Shown piece by piece: positions 25,561-40,258 of a DNA stretch of 64,000 bases; position 1 is the stretch's first letter, and each line of letters begins with the position of its first letter. The stretch is from assembly GCA_951406725.2 (NCBI GenBank), contig OX597826.1, forward strand, positions 35,836,001 to 35,900,000, given 5' to 3'. Under the pieces are notes generated by a model. It was given only the letters and a program-made list of their open reading frames with translations, was not told the origin of the DNA and searched no databases. Source of the DNA: Octopus vulgaris. Its lineage: Eukaryota. Made by a program: the position numbers and the translations under genes.

Positions 25561-25759
25561 ATGATTTCTAAAGACATCAATTATATTTATTCTTTTTTTG
25601 CATTCTTCGTGTAGAATAGTCTAGTTAGAAATAATATACACTCATGCAATGCTTAAATGCCCTTACATGTGCACTCACACGCACATACGTACGCATAGAT
25701 AGTTAAATATGTACATATATAAATACATATGAAAATGTACTCACTCGCAAATATGTGTG

Positions 25760-25964
25760 TGGATATAGATAGATTGATAGACAAATAGACAGAAAGGCAG
25801 ACATAAACAGATAGAGTGAAAGAGAGAAAGAGAGAGGGAAAGAGGGAGAGAATGACAGAGATAGAAAGATAGATATATAGGTAGATAAATAGGCACAACT
25901 GACTAACTGACTGATAGATAGACAGACAGACAGACAAATAGATAGACAAATATATACATACACA

Positions 25965-26009
<45 letters not shown>

Positions 26010-26799
26010 ACATATATATATAAATATATACATACATATATATATACATACATACATATTTATACATACATATATATATATATATATACATACATACATA
26101 CATATATATATATATAGAGAGAGAGAGAGATGTGTGTGTGTGTGTGCACATGTTAAACAAAATCAATGAAATATGAAGAAATATGGAATTTGGAATGAAA
26201 GTAAAGAAAATTTGGTGATGCCATTATAATATTTACAGTCAATATGACTAGGGTTCATGTGAGTGCATATACTTGTCAAAATTCTTCAGATTTTCTCTCA
26301 ACAACAACAACAACAGCAACATGATTGCTTCACAATGGAATCACCATTTTCTTTGCTTTGGCTTCTTCATTTAATCTTCATACAACTTCTCATCATTCCT
26401 CCTAACTTTTCCATCTGCATCTCTTTCCTTCATCTTGTTCTCCTTCACCATTCTGCTTCTTATTTTTCATGTTCTCATCCTTCTCTAGTTTTCTTCTTCT
26501 TCCTCATTCATTCTACTTCTTCCTCATTCATTCTTCTTCTTCTTCTTCTTCTTCTTCTTCTTCTTTTTTTTCTTCTTCCTCATTCATTCTTCTTTTTCTT
26601 CTTTTTCTTTTTCTTCTTCCTCTTCATTCTTCTTCTTCTTGTTCTTCTTCTTCTTCTCCTCCTCCTTCTCCCCCTCCTCCTCCTCCTCCTGCTCCAACTT
26701 TATCTTCTTTTTCTGCATAATCTTTATTTTTATTCATTTTATGCTTTTCTGTATTATTATGTCATATATATGTATAAATGTATGTATGTATGCATGCAT

Positions 26800-26843
<44 letters not shown>

Positions 26844-26860
26844 ATATGCATGAGTATGTA
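25760..26860. repeat. (GATA)n, (TA)n, (CTT)n and (CCT)n microsatellites
   Basis: Direct inspection. Confidence 0.85.
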
Positions 26861-28034
26861 TGTAGTATGTGTGTGGAAGTGTTTAGTTGCGTGTCTGAAT
26901 GTGTCTACATATATGCATGTGTCTATATACACCCATACCAGAGTGTGTTTAATGAGGTGTTTTGTATTAGTTCAGTCTGTCCTTTATTCCCGACTCCCAG
27001 ACCTTTCTTCAACCCTGGAATGGTTGTTAACAAAAGATATTATGGAGCATTCTTTATTCACAATCTTCAGTTATGCTCATATGAAGACCTGCTCATAACA
27101 GACACACTGGGGGTATGTGGGGTGTTTGTGTATGCACGAGCATGACCACACACACACACACATATACACGGTATTATTGTAGTCTACTTGACTATATATG
27201 TACCCTGTCTTGTATGCATGTATGTGTAAAGAGAGAAAGGAAGAGGTATTAATGTAGTCAGTTAGATATATTGTGAATGATATGAAGAGAGATATGCAGA
27301 TGGATAGATAGATTGATAGATACATAAACAGATTTACATGCGTGCATACATGTATGTCTGCATGCATCCATCCTTACATACACACACTCATATGTACACA
27401 CATATATACACAGACAAGGAGCTAGCTGTCAGACAGATGAACTTGAGATGGGCAGTACTATCCATATAAATGCAATTGTAGTAGAAGAGCATCTCGGGTA
27501 TGTAATCATGGTATTGACAAAGCCATCAGATGTTGTTATACATCGCTTGTCACAATGCACTTTACAGTGTTTTAGTTTTTGAATGACATCATCCCATTGG
27601 CTTGTGAGCAGAAACAACATTTCCTCTGTTCAGGAGGCTAGTCCTTTGCAGAGTGACCCGTTTTATAGCTGAGTAGACTGGAGCAATGTGAAATAATGTG
27701 TTTTGCTCAAGAACACAACATGCAGCCTGGCCTGGAAATCGAACCCATGATATAGCTATCATGAGCACAACACTCTAACCATCAAGCCATGTACCTTCAC
27801 AAGTCATGTAATATAATATTTGAAACTTAGATTAACTGCGATTTCCATAACTATTAGTAGACAAAAACTCCCTTTCAAAGCTGTTGAATGATAATCTTGG
27901 TTAGCATCTATTGTCAGTTAAAGTTTTTAAGTTTTTCTACAGATTTTCAATAGAATTTAGAGCCAGCACTGCTAAGACAAAAGTAGGACACAATACTGAC
28001 TTATAAACCGCCAATAAACTTGGTAGTATATGGG

Positions 28035-28730
28035 TGGTGAGCTCTCAGAATTGTTAGCATTCTGGGCAAAATGCTCAACAGTGTTTCGTCTTATTTACAT
28101 TAGGTACATTATTTACATTTGATGGATATTTGTCCTCATCTTGTTTGTTGTTAACAGTGTTTTGGCTGATATACCCCCAGCCTTCATTAGGTGTCTTGGT
28201 GAAATTTCGAACCTGGGTTCTCATTCCTAAGGTATTCCACTGCCTGGAATCAAACTTGGAATCTTGGGGTTAGTAGCCCACAAGCAAATGGCATAGTGGC
28301 TAAGAGTGTGGGCTACAAACTCCAAGATTCCAAGATTGATTCCAGGCAGTGACCTGAATAATAATAATAATGATAATAATAATAATAACATTGAAAAATA
28401 CCTTAGGAATGAGAACCCAGGTTCGAAATTTTTCTAAGACAGCTGACGAACGCTGGAGGGTATATCAACCAAAATGTTGTGTGTTAACAACAAGCAAGAT
28501 GAGGACAAATATCTGTCAAATGTAAATAATATACATAATTCCTCATCTCTTAAATATAGAACTGCAGTGTTTTGTCTGTCTTCACATTCTGAATTCAAGT
28601 TCAGCTGAGGTCAACTTTGCTTTTCATCCCTTCAGGGTTGATAAAATAAGTACCAGTGGAGTGCTGGGGTCGATGTAATTGATTTGCCCCTCCCTCGAAA
28701 TTGCTGGCCTTGAGCTCAAATTTGAAATCA
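28035..28730 (+). mobile_element. Family A SINE interrupted by a Penelope-like insertion
   Basis: Head 28035-28091 continues at 28565-28730; duplication cagtgttt(c/t)gtct at both junctions. Confidence 0.7.
28105..28564 (+). mobile_element. Non-autonomous Penelope-like element with tRNA-like head, (AAT)n linker, degenerate hammerhead tail and inverted 5' copy
   Basis: Inverted arms 28105-28236 / ~28397-28533 and 28238-28281 / ~28307-28351; head tggcatagtggctaagag...gattccaggcagtg; homologous to 5601-6275. Confidence 0.75.
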
Positions 28731-28846
28731 ATATACTTGGTAGCATATTACGGTTGCACGACAAAAAACTATGACCTGACCAGTAATTATTTCAACTCAC
28801 AATATTACATAATTAAAAACTGCACTTTTATTTCATATGCAGTTTA

Positions 28847-28894
<48 letters not shown>

Positions 28895-29239
28895 GAGGTG
28901 TTTCCTCCCTGTGTTGTTATTTATAAATATATAAACCAGTGCACATCTAATGCAACATCGATAATATCTTTGGCAAAAACAGCAGGAACACAAGACTGGA
29001 ACATTTCGGTAACTTCAATAACATTGTCTCAAAACACTCAGATAACCCCATATAAATGTCTGCTACAAAAGGAAGCACAACAATAATAGAAAAGAGAAAG
29101 ATGAAAGCACTTCATCTTAAACCACCTTGATAAACTTAGACAACAACAAAAACCTCTCAAGCAATGTGTGAGCAGTGTTTTCTGATATACAAAGTTTTCT
29201 GATCAAAATCTATAACCAAAAGAAGACAGGTCAATTTAA

Positions 29240-29459
29240 CCCTTTCGTTATCAACCCGGCTGAAACCGGCTCTGGCACTGAGTATAAATGTCTTGTTTTC
29301 ATAAATTTTCAATTAAAATCTTCCACCAAACCTTAGCCACAATTTATGTTCCTAACACTAGCTTAATGATATCTAAGTTATTTTACTAAATTCTTTGTTA
29401 TATTTAAAGTAATTGAAAGAAAAATAGAGCATCTCAAAATAAATGCAGTAACGAAAGGG
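29240..29459. mobile_element. piggyBac-type MITE
   Basis: TTAA-CCCTTTCGTTA ... TAACGAAAGGG-TTA(C): 11-bp TIR with CCC terminus and TTAA-like target duplication. Confidence 0.8.
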
Positions 29460-29849
29460 TTACACCAGGGACCCAAAATTCTATGTGAAATGCAGCAGAA
29501 TTTGGAAAGATAACAATGTTTAAGTGTTGACCCTATATATATTTGCCCTGATATACCACACGAATTAGTATGGCAGAAAATACATTATGTATGTCTTTAC
29601 ATAGAGTTCCTTCATGAGTTTTACCATTTTCTCTGGACTCTCTATCCTCAAGACCTTTTACCAATTTCCTTGTCATTTACTCTCTTCGTGTCATTTATTA
29701 ACATTCACTGTACCTAGGACTCAATCATTCAATATGCTCTTTAAAAAAATGTAATGTGATTTAAAGGAATTTGGTTGTTATTTCTAGCATATCACTTGAC
29801 TACATAGAGGCTTCCTCTGTTAATATGTACAAAAATTGGCAGAGGCGTT

Positions 29850-30585
29850 GGCAGTGGTTGTGGTGGTGGTGTAGTTCTAAGATAGCAGTATGGTACTGGT
29901 GCCTGGTGGTGACGATGGTGTTAGGGATGGTAGTACAAAGGTGGTGGTGGTGGTGGTGGTGGTAGTGGATGAGGTGGTGATGGTGCAGTGGTGGGATGGT
30001 TGGATGGTATTGACGTGCAGCAGGGTAATGATGTTTATGAGGATGATGGTGATGATGATGATAATAAAATGCTTATGATGGTGGTGGAGGATGGTGGCAC
30101 GGTGGTGGGGCATGTATGATGGTGGGTGTGTTGGTGATTCTGGTAACGGTGGTAGAAAGGTAAGAATGGTGGGGGGATGTGGTATGGAAATGGTGGTGGT
30201 GGTGGTGGTTTAATGACATGACTTTCCCATTAAACAGTGAATGGTGAGTGATGCTTCATGACAAATCGATAATTACAATGGTGTGGGTGGGACTGATGGG
30301 AGTATGGGGGGGTGCAATGTCACAGATAATAATAACAACAACAACATGTGGGTGTAGGTGTACTTTTGATTGTTGTTGGTATTTGTGCTGGTGGTGGTGG
30401 CTATGTGGAGTGGTGCTGAATCAACATTGAAACTGATGGTTGTTATGATGATGTTGATGCTGATGACGATAATGATGATGATGATGATGGTGATAGAATT
30501 ATATATGATTGAAGTTGTAATGGTTGTGGTATGGGGGAGTTGTGGTGTGGTAGTGGTGGTGGACACAGCAACATTGGTGGTGCTG

Positions 30586-30616
<31 letters not shown>

Positions 30617-30644
30617 CAGCAGCAGCAGCAGTAGCAGTAGCAAC

Positions 30645-30679
<35 letters not shown>

Positions 30680-30740
30680 CAGCAGCAGCAGTAGCAACAG
30701 TAGTAGTAGTAGTAGTGTTGGTGATAGTGGTGGTGCTAGC
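29850..30740. repeat. (GGT)n/(GAT)n/(TAG)n/(CAG)n low-complexity tracts
   Basis: Direct inspection. Confidence 0.85.
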
Positions 30741-30933
30741 ACTTAATATATTAGTGAGTTTTTTTCAGCAGAAATGTGCCATTCTACCCAATGTGACACA
30801 TTGTACCCTACCCTCTAGTGTACCCCCATGTCATACATGTTACAGTACCCAATGGAGTATTTACTGAAATGCATAGTGTTACACTGTATCATGCCTTGTT
30901 TCATGATAGGTGTGCGCCTGGTGTTCATATGTA

Positions 30934-31416
30934 CGAGGGAGAGTCAAAAAGTAATGCCATTTTGTTTAGGACAGGTATAATTACCAACACAGGAACATGT
31001 ATTATACATCAAAATGAAGCTGGTCCTCTGTGGATCACATCCCTACTTCTCAACATAGTCACCATTTCTCTCAATATCAATGTTCCACTTTTGAATGAGA
31101 GCATGTATCCCTGCCCCGTAAAATTCTTCAGACTATCATCTCTTCGACACCACGAAAGAGGGCTTGAGAGGCAAACGTTATTCCAGTGACAAGGAAGTGG
31201 AAACTGTAGTGAAGGAGTGGCTCAAAGAACAGTCAACAGAATTTTACAGGGCAGGGATACATGCTCTCATTTGAAGGTAGAACATTGCTATTGAGAAAAA
31301 CAGTGACTATGTTGAGAAGTAAAGATGTGATCCACAGAGGACCAGCTTCATTTTAATGTATGATACATGTTCCTGTGTTGGTAATTATACTCATACTAAA
31401 CAAAATGGTATTATTT
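30934..31416 (+). mobile_element. Mariner-derived fold-back element with ~180-bp inverted arms
   Basis: Starts TA-CGAGGG; 30947-31127 pairs with 31238-31416; 31131-31322 encodes a mariner C-terminus DYHLFDTTKEGLRGKRYSSDKEVETVVKEWLKEQSTEFYRAGIHALI...DYVEK. Confidence 0.8.
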
Positions 31417-31616
31417 AGTTGTTCCATTTTTCTGCATCTGCCGTAGTTTTTGAGAATATAATCAGATTGGCTGCTTCATTCCCTGGATTTGGTCAAATTG
31501 ATGTTGATGCTTCTCGTCAGAATCCAATAATATGTGGAAATCAGTTTAAGTTATTCTATTTTTTCCTTCAATCTACAAAGAAACAGCTAAATTGATCCAT
31601 ATTATATAGATACAAC

Positions 31617-32880
31617 CAGGTCATTAAGACCAAAATGTCTGATTTTCTTATGCACCAAGTTTGACAGTCATTAATTCTTATGTTTCATCCTGATAGTTCT
31701 TTGTTTTACAACATTGAAGAGTTACATCATCATTTTACGAAATGCAATTCATGGTGGCTGATTATAATGTAAGTTTTTTCTCTTGTAAATCAATTTTTGT
31801 GAACCCATGGAGAGATCAAAAAATTTGTGTTGCTTATGAATATGAGTTCCATCATGGAACCAAAGCATCCCAGACAGCTCGAAACCACAATGAGGTGTTT
31901 GGTGAAGATATGTTGAATGAGTGAACTGTACGTCGATGGTTTGAGAGATTCCGGTCTGGTTATGTTACTCTTGAAAATTGGTCCCATGGTAGACCTGAGG
32001 CCAAGGGGGATAATGATGAGCTGGAAACAGTAGTGGAAGTGGATACATCTCAAACTATGCATGAGTTAGCAGCAAGGTTTGATGTTTTGATTCCATCTGT
32101 ATTGGACCACCTGAAAGTCAGCAAAGTAAAGAAGCTGGACAAGAGGGTACCACACGAATTGAACGAGCATCAAGTGACACGCCATCTTGAAATTTGCTGT
32201 TCTTTGCTGTCATGGCATTAAAGCAAATCATTATTGCATCGTATTGTTATGTGTGATGAAAAATGGATTCTTTTCAACAATAGCAAGTGTTCTGCATGGT
32301 GGTTGGATACAGACGATATGCCAAATCACAATCCAAAACTGAATATTCACCAAAAAAAGCTAATGGTATCTGCTTGGTGGTCCAGTACTGGTGTCATCCA
32401 CTACAGCTTCATGAGACCTGGTAAGTCAATTACAGCAGATGTATACATCAACCAGTTGGATGAAATGATGAGTGAACTTGCATTTAAACAACCGAGATTA
32501 GTCAATAGAGACAGGCCAATTCTCTTACAAGACAATGCTTGACCACATTTTACACAAAGAACGCTGCTCAAGTTACAAGAAGTGAACTTGGAAGTACTGT
32601 GTCGTCCACCATATTCATCAGACCTTGTACCAACTGACTATCATGTTTTCCAGGCATGAGATGACGTTTTGCAAGGAAAAAAACATGAAATCTGAAGAAG
32701 ATGCAAAAACAGCCTTTCATGATTTCATGAATTCTTCGCTGCCAGCATAAATAAGCTTCCGATAAAATGGTAAAATTGTGTTGATAATTTAGGTGCATAC
32801 TTTAACTGCATTGCTTTTTGTTGAGATAAAGTAAAATCAACTTTCGGTTCAAAATCGGACATTTCATTCTTAATGACCTG
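31617..32880 (+). mobile_element. Mariner DNA transposon (DD34D, cecropia/Hsmar1-like), full length but dead
   Basis: ~30-bp TIRs CAGGTCATTAAGA...GATTTT / AAAATC...TCTTAATGACCTG, about 1.26 kb apart. Confidence 0.9.
31807..32810 (+). pseudogene. Mariner transposase pseudogene
   Basis: Motifs TVRRWFERFRSG, VPHEL, IVMCDEKW, LQDNA*PH and PPYSSDLVPTDY (34 residues between the Ds), with several stops and frameshifts. Confidence 0.9.
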
Positions 32881-33137
32881 ATATATAGGCTACACACATA
32901 TATGTATGTGTACGCATATACTCACACACATACAGAGAGAAAGTTGTAGGATATTTCATAAGTTAAAATCTGAAAATATTAATTGGAAATAATTTCATTA
33001 CAAGTTCCATTATTGACAGTAACTTCAAAGTTTTGCAACTAGTTAACCTCATAAATTGTTATATACTTCACAACAGTATGAGCATATTGTTATACATATT
33101 TAAATGTTCCTCCTACATTGCATATAAAAATGTATAA

Positions 33138-33365
33138 AGGTGAGGCTGAGTGGTAAGACATTTGCTTCCCAATCATATCATTGTGGGTTCTGTTCCACTG
33201 CGTGTCACATTGAGCAAGTGTCTTCTACTATAGCCTGAGGCCAACCAAAGCTTTGTGAGTGAATTTAGATGATGGAAACTGAAAGAATTTCACCGTATGT
33301 GTGTGTGTGTGCATGCATGTGTGTGTGTTTCTCTGTGTGTATGTGTTTGTCCCCTACCACCGTTT
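33138..33365 (+). mobile_element. tRNA-derived SINE family B, partial
   Basis: Collinear with 21158-21380. Confidence 0.7.
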
Positions 33366-33621
33366 GTCATGGTGGGAAGATCAACAAATAGCAATTTAGC
33401 CATTTGCTAATCTTGCCACTTTGACAAACGAGGCTGCTATAACAGAGTAATGTGTATATGCATCCTCTACAGGTACAGTCCTTGAATTATTGAATACTCC
33501 ATGTGCCCATTATGAACATAACAACTATTGCATAATCCAGGAACAGGAAACTCTGAGTAACAGTTCTGAGTAATATTTTGCAGCTTGGATAATAAAGCAT
33601 ATATATACATATATATATATA

Positions 33622-33990
33622 TCATCATCATCATCATTGCTTAACATCCGTTTTCCATGCTCGCATGGGTTGGACGGTTTGACTAGGGACTAGCAAGTCA
33701 GGAGGCTGCACCAGGCTCCAGTCTGATCTGGCAAAGTTTCTACAGCTGGTTGTCCTTCCTAACGCCTACTACTCCCAGAGTGTAGTGGATGCTTTTTACG
33801 TACCACCGGCACAGGAACCAGTGAAGCAGCACTGGCATCGACCCCATTCAGATGGTGCTTTTTATGTGCCACCGACAAGGGGAGCCAGTCAGGCGGCACT
33901 GGCATCGACCCATGCTTGAACGGTGCTTCTTACATGTCACCAGCACAGGTGCCAGTCAGGCTGCACTGGCATCAGTCACAACTACAATTT
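33622..33990 (-). mobile_element. SINE family C with internal tandem units and (GAT)n tail
   Basis: Reverse complement of 40912-41257-like sequence. Confidence 0.8.
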
Positions 33991-34139
33991 TCATTTTGAT
34001 TTCAATCTTGATTCAACACCAGGGTAAGGATTCATATTTCATTTTGATTGAGTCGGTACTTTGCTACTCTGAATTTCAACTGTATACATATACACATGCA
34101 TATATGTATGTATGTGTGTGTATATATACACACACACAT

Positions 34140-34237
34140 GAGAAAGAGAGAAACTGATAGATAGATACGAATATATAGATGTACATACATAAGTATATGT
34201 ATGAATGTACATATATATACATATATACATATATGAG

Positions 34238-34320
<83 letters not shown>

Positions 34321-34401
34321 GAAAGAGAGAAACTGATAAATAGATATGAATATATAGATATACATACATAGGTATATGTATATTTGTATGCATATATATA
34401 T

Positions 34402-34464
<63 letters not shown>

Positions 34465-34530
34465 AGAGAAAGAGAGAAACTGATAAATAGATAGATATGA
34501 ATATATAGATGTGCATACATAAGTATATGT
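34140..34530. repeat. Three copies of a ~60-bp unit separated by (TA)n
   Basis: gaaagagagaaactgata(g/a)atagata...atatatagat..acatacata at ~34140, ~34320 and ~34467. Confidence 0.8.
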
Positions 34531-35576
34531 GTACTTGTATGTATATATATATTACCTTTAAATGTAATCAGTTTTTATATTAAGAATATATGGCATCAAG
34601 CAAACTTGAAGTATCTCGATGCAATAAAAATGAGAATAAATACTAAATATAACAAACTGAAACTGATTCAATACAGTACACAAAATTTTAGTATGTGCAT
34701 GTAGCCTGGTGTTAGGAGGCCATACACACATACATAACAAACATGCATATGTACATACGCATGTATGTATACACACACACATACACACACACATACACAC
34801 ACATACACACACACATATATATGCATATATATCTATATTTTAACTTATTTGTAAATTTTTTTTACCTAACCTTTTATATTCTAAGTTGTATTTCCAAACA
34901 ACAGAAGTCTTTTACGCTATGTTTCCTGTTATTTTAACTTACAATTTCTCTTTTGTATATATATCTTCTTATTTTCTTCCTAGTCTTTTAAACAGCTTAG
35001 GCTAAGAACGTTGGCCATTTTTTTAAAATACATATGCATAAACCAGCATTAAATACCTCCATGTTCCATATGCTGCAAAAGCGAATACTGCACACTTCTC
35101 TTTGCTATTATTTTGAATTACATCGATTGCATTGTTCACTGTCAGTTACTCTCACCTACAGAGATGTACTTATTTCTGTGTGCAGAAAAATACATACATA
35201 CATACATACATACACACAGTCATGCATCCATATGTATGTATATATGTATGTACATGTATATGTACAACTGTTTTGAAACCTTCAACTTCTATATCCAGAA
35301 TACAGCTTTACATTTAGACCAATAATGATTGGCACACTTGGATTTGTAAGCAAATGCCTAATTGACAGTCTGAATAAGCTAGGGTTTTCAGAAAAAGAAA
35401 ATCAACCAACTAATTTACACATTACAATTACAGTTTGTAACGGGAACAATAAAAATATGCAAGACTTTACTCAAGTTCAAAAGGTGACATTGTTTCTAAT
35501 GATGGAGCTTTGTATCTTTGTTAGAAATAAATTCTTCTTCAGTGAAAGAATTTGAATAATTAAAACGGCAGAGAAC

Positions 35577-35619
<43 letters not shown>

Positions 35620-35622
<3 letters not shown>

Positions 35623-36045
35623 CTTTATTCATTTGCTCGTTTCAATCATGGATTGTAACCATATTAGGGAACCACTTTGAACATTTTAGGGTAAGAAATG
35701 TCCCCTGATACTTATTTGTTTCTTTTAAAGTCTAGTACTCAAAATATTGATCACCTTTGCTAAACTGCTAAGTTACTGGGATGTTAACAAACCAATGCTG
35801 GTTGTCAAGTGCATGGAAACAAACATGAAAACATATCCCATCCCCCTACAAACACACAAACAAACAAACAACAAACAAGTAGACACGGTAGGCTTCCACT
35901 CACAATGCATTTATCAAATTCACTCACAATCAACTGGTTGGCTTGGAGCAGCTGAAGAAGACCCTTGCTGAAGTTGCTGTGTACTGCGATTGAACCTGAA
36001 ACCATGTGAGAGCAAAATGAACTTCTTATTCATACACCCAACCCA
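35620..36045 (-). mobile_element. tRNA-derived SINE family B, degenerate
   Basis: Collinear with 36466-36849. Confidence 0.65.
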
Positions 36046-36465
36046 ACATCTGTATAGTCATCTTTATGTGAGTGTGTGTAAAAAACATTAGAAAGGGCAT
36101 CCAGCAGTATGAACCATGTTGAAGAAGACATTGGAGTCTGATGCAATCCTTCAACTCATCAGATGCTATCAAACCATCAAAACCATGCCAACAGAGAATG
36201 TGCACATTAAATGATTATGATGATGGTGATGGTGATGATGATGATGATATATATAACTATCATTCCATTGGTTGTTCACATTGCTATTTGCTGGTTGTCA
36301 GTCATGCATTCTAGCACAGATGGGTCTCTGATGTTTTCGGTGACATGGCAGGATTTGTACTTAGAACACTCTCTCTTTCTCTCTACCTACCTATTCATCC
36401 GTCCATCCGTCTGTCCATCCATCCATCCATCCATCCATCCATATATATATATATAATATATATAC

Positions 36466-36849
36466 TTTTACTCTTTTACTTGTTTCAGTCATTTGACTGT
36501 GGCCATGCTGGAACACTGTCCTTAGTCGAGCCAATCGACCCCAGGACTTATTCTTTGTAAGCCTAGTACTTATTCTATCGGTCTCTTTTGCCAAACTGCT
36601 AAGTTACGGGGACATAAACACACCAGCACAAGTGTGGTGGACAAACACAAACACACAAACACACACACATATATATACATATATACGACGGGCTTCTTTC
36701 AGCTTCCGTCTACCAAATCCACTCACAAGGCCTTAGTCGAACCGAGGCTATAGTAGAAGACACTTGCCCAAGGTGCCATGCAGTGGGACTGAACCCAGAA
36801 CCATGTGGTTGGTAAGCAAGCTACTTTCCACACAGCTACTCCTGCACCT
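36466..36849 (-). mobile_element. tRNA-derived SINE family B, full length
   Basis: Reverse complement of 21158-21551, well preserved. Confidence 0.85.
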
Positions 36850-37634
36850 ATACACATATATATATCTGTCTATTTATCTCTCTCTTTCCTGCATTCATAT
36901 ACAAATTATTCTCCATAATGACCCTACAAATCAAAATCTTTGACAGTTTTCAACCTTTTCAGGTCTCATCCACTATAACCATACACCTCTTGAGTTGGTG
37001 TAGTCGTTACTGAGAAACACTTCATCTTCCTTCATGCTTCCATTATCAATTATTTTACATGTTCCACATTTATACACAGTTACTGCATAACCATAAACTC
37101 GTCTTTCATTACGTTACTCAAGATCCACCAAAATGTTTCTGCATTGTCAGGTTTTTTTTCCCACTCCCCATGTAATATCTTTTCTTGCAAACTGTTTCTA
37201 GTTAATGTATATTGATAACAAAATAAATTACATTAGATTTTAAAATTATTAAAGAAACTTTTTTTTGTTTTATGCAATTTTCAGTTTAATGGATTTAACA
37301 TTTAAACGATTATAATACGCAAACTTCAATATTTAGTAGGTAATTCAATGTTAAATCTCATTTAAATGTATATTGTGAATTAAATCGTGGATTTGAATCT
37401 AATAAAAATTTAATTAAAGTTATAATGAATTGAATTCTTTGTAATAGTATACGTATCACAGTTAATATTTTTTTAATCTACTATCTCGAGTGATTTTATA
37501 TTAAATTAATTCAATAGTGGTGTATAAATATATAAATATATAAACATACATTCGTACATACATGGTTATGCATATATAGGTGTATATATTCATACATAAG
37601 TATGGAATGTAAGTATTAATACATTTATGTAAAT

Positions 37635-38403
<769 letters not shown>

Positions 38404-38405
<2 letters not shown>

Positions 38406-38962
38406 AATGAAAGAGCAGTGCATGCCGTCAAAGTGACACTAGGGTAAAATATAGGAAGCCCAGTATACCCATCATGACTACCCATCTTATAATGGTACAC
38501 CAGGCACATGCATCACAACCATGTGTGCATGAAATGGTGCTCTGATATCAAGATTAACAGTGCATGACCTTGCAGGTGGTGTCTAGTTAGAATTTTCTTC
38601 AGGTCAAGTAGTCCATCCTGCTCAAATTGTCCCTGAATAAGGGTTGTTTAAGGATTTTGAATGAAACAACCATGTTTCCAGAGATTAGTTATCTAAACCC
38701 CAAAGAATCCCTCTCAACACACAGCTATGATGCTTCCTCACTTCTTCTGCTCGTGATCAGAGGTGTACATATCGTCAGCCACTAAGGGACATGCTCAACT
38801 GGTTAAGGTCAAGCAACTGACAAACAAATCTGTGGTATTGAGCAGAATATTTACTGTAGCCCATCTTTTATACCAAGACAAAACAATGTACCTGATAACA
38901 CTTCCAATCAGTTAAGATCAGAAGCCATGAGAGCCACTGCCTGGTACTGCATCAGGGCATTT
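38404..38962. mobile_element. Unclassified ~560-bp non-coding insertion between trinucleotide tracts
   Basis: Sharp-edged complex sequence between (ATT)n and (ATC)n; no coding motif recognised. Confidence 0.4.
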
Positions 38963-38993
<31 letters not shown>

Positions 38994-39999
38994 GTATCAT
39001 TATTATTATCATTATTGCTACTGCAGCTGCTGCTGTTGTTGTTGTTGTAGTTGCTGTTGCTGTTGTTGTTTTCGACCTCATCATAATGGAATAAAAATCC
39101 AAATCTAGTTTATATTTTAGTATATCATAGTCAAGACATTAATGGAATAGTAATGTTTTCTCTGCTCAAGGCAATATTTTTTTTTTTTTGTTATTCTTAT
39201 TATTGGGGGGAGGTCTGTACAAAAATATAAATGTATAACATGAGAACAAAAATAAATAGATAAAATATTAAGTAGGTAATAGCTTTAAAAAAGAAAAGCA
39301 ACACAAATTGGAATTTCGCTGTTAAATATCTAATATTATAATATTATCAGAATATTATCCTTAATTTAATGATTCCAGCAGTTATTTCTCCTTTTCCAAA
39401 TTCTTCATAAATAACACCATCACAGTGGTATTTATACCACATAGTTTATTTCTAAAATTTCATTTTACATCATTTAACTCTATATTGTTAAAGCATGAGA
39501 CCTACTTGTGAATTGCCAGCAATTCTGCACAATATTAATGCCTTGAGGAATTATTAAATAGAATACAGATATGGAACCATAATTTTTCTAATCTTCCAAT
39601 CATCTAAGGTGCCTTTTCAGGTGTGAATGGTTTGAGAGTAACTGGTTATTTACAAACTAATTGTCAATTAGATTTTATAAAGTTAGCAGAGGTACCAATT
39701 GACAGAATTAATACCTGCCAATAGAGAGGGTGTAGCTTACAGTTTGTTCTGTCGTTGTGCTTTTCTCCTAAGATGTATTATTCTGAAAGTATTCAGGACC
39801 AGGAAAAGATCTAGTCGGTTGTAGAAAGACTTGAACATGCTTTCACTATGGTTGTAGCATGGACAGTATGTTGATAATTAAATAACAGCTTTTGCTTTGG
39901 ATTAACAGGTCGGACATTTTAGTCGATATTTCATTTTATAAGACACGTCATGCTAAGTAAAATCACGGTCTTCCATAGATGCAGACTTGTCTTCTACTG

Positions 40000-40258
40000 G
40001 TGCTGGTGCACTTAAAATGCACTGGTGGCACTGCTGCATAAATCCACCTGTGCCAGTGGCACGTAAAAGACACCCAGCACACTCTGTAATGTGGTTGGCA
40101 TAAAGAAGGGCATCCAGCTGTAGGAACCATATGTCAAAACAGACAATTGGAGTCTGGGCGGTTCCACGTCTGGCCAGCTTCTGTCGAACCATCCAACTCA
40201 TGCCAGCATAGAAAACAGATGTTAAGTGATGCTGTTGATGATGATGATGATGATGAAT
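40000..40258 (+). mobile_element. SINE family C, degenerate
   Basis: Collinear with 41000-41257. Confidence 0.7.

Noticed and set aside
24511-25614. 367-aa ORF, the longest in the track
   Set aside because: Translation of GAT/CAT/CAC/CCC low-complexity tracts; overlapping frames are also open; no domain or splice structure seen.
34140-34530. Repeat-spacer pattern resembling a CRISPR array
   Set aside because: Spacers are (TA)n, units are degenerate, the context is eukaryotic and there are no cas genes; ordinary tandem duplication.
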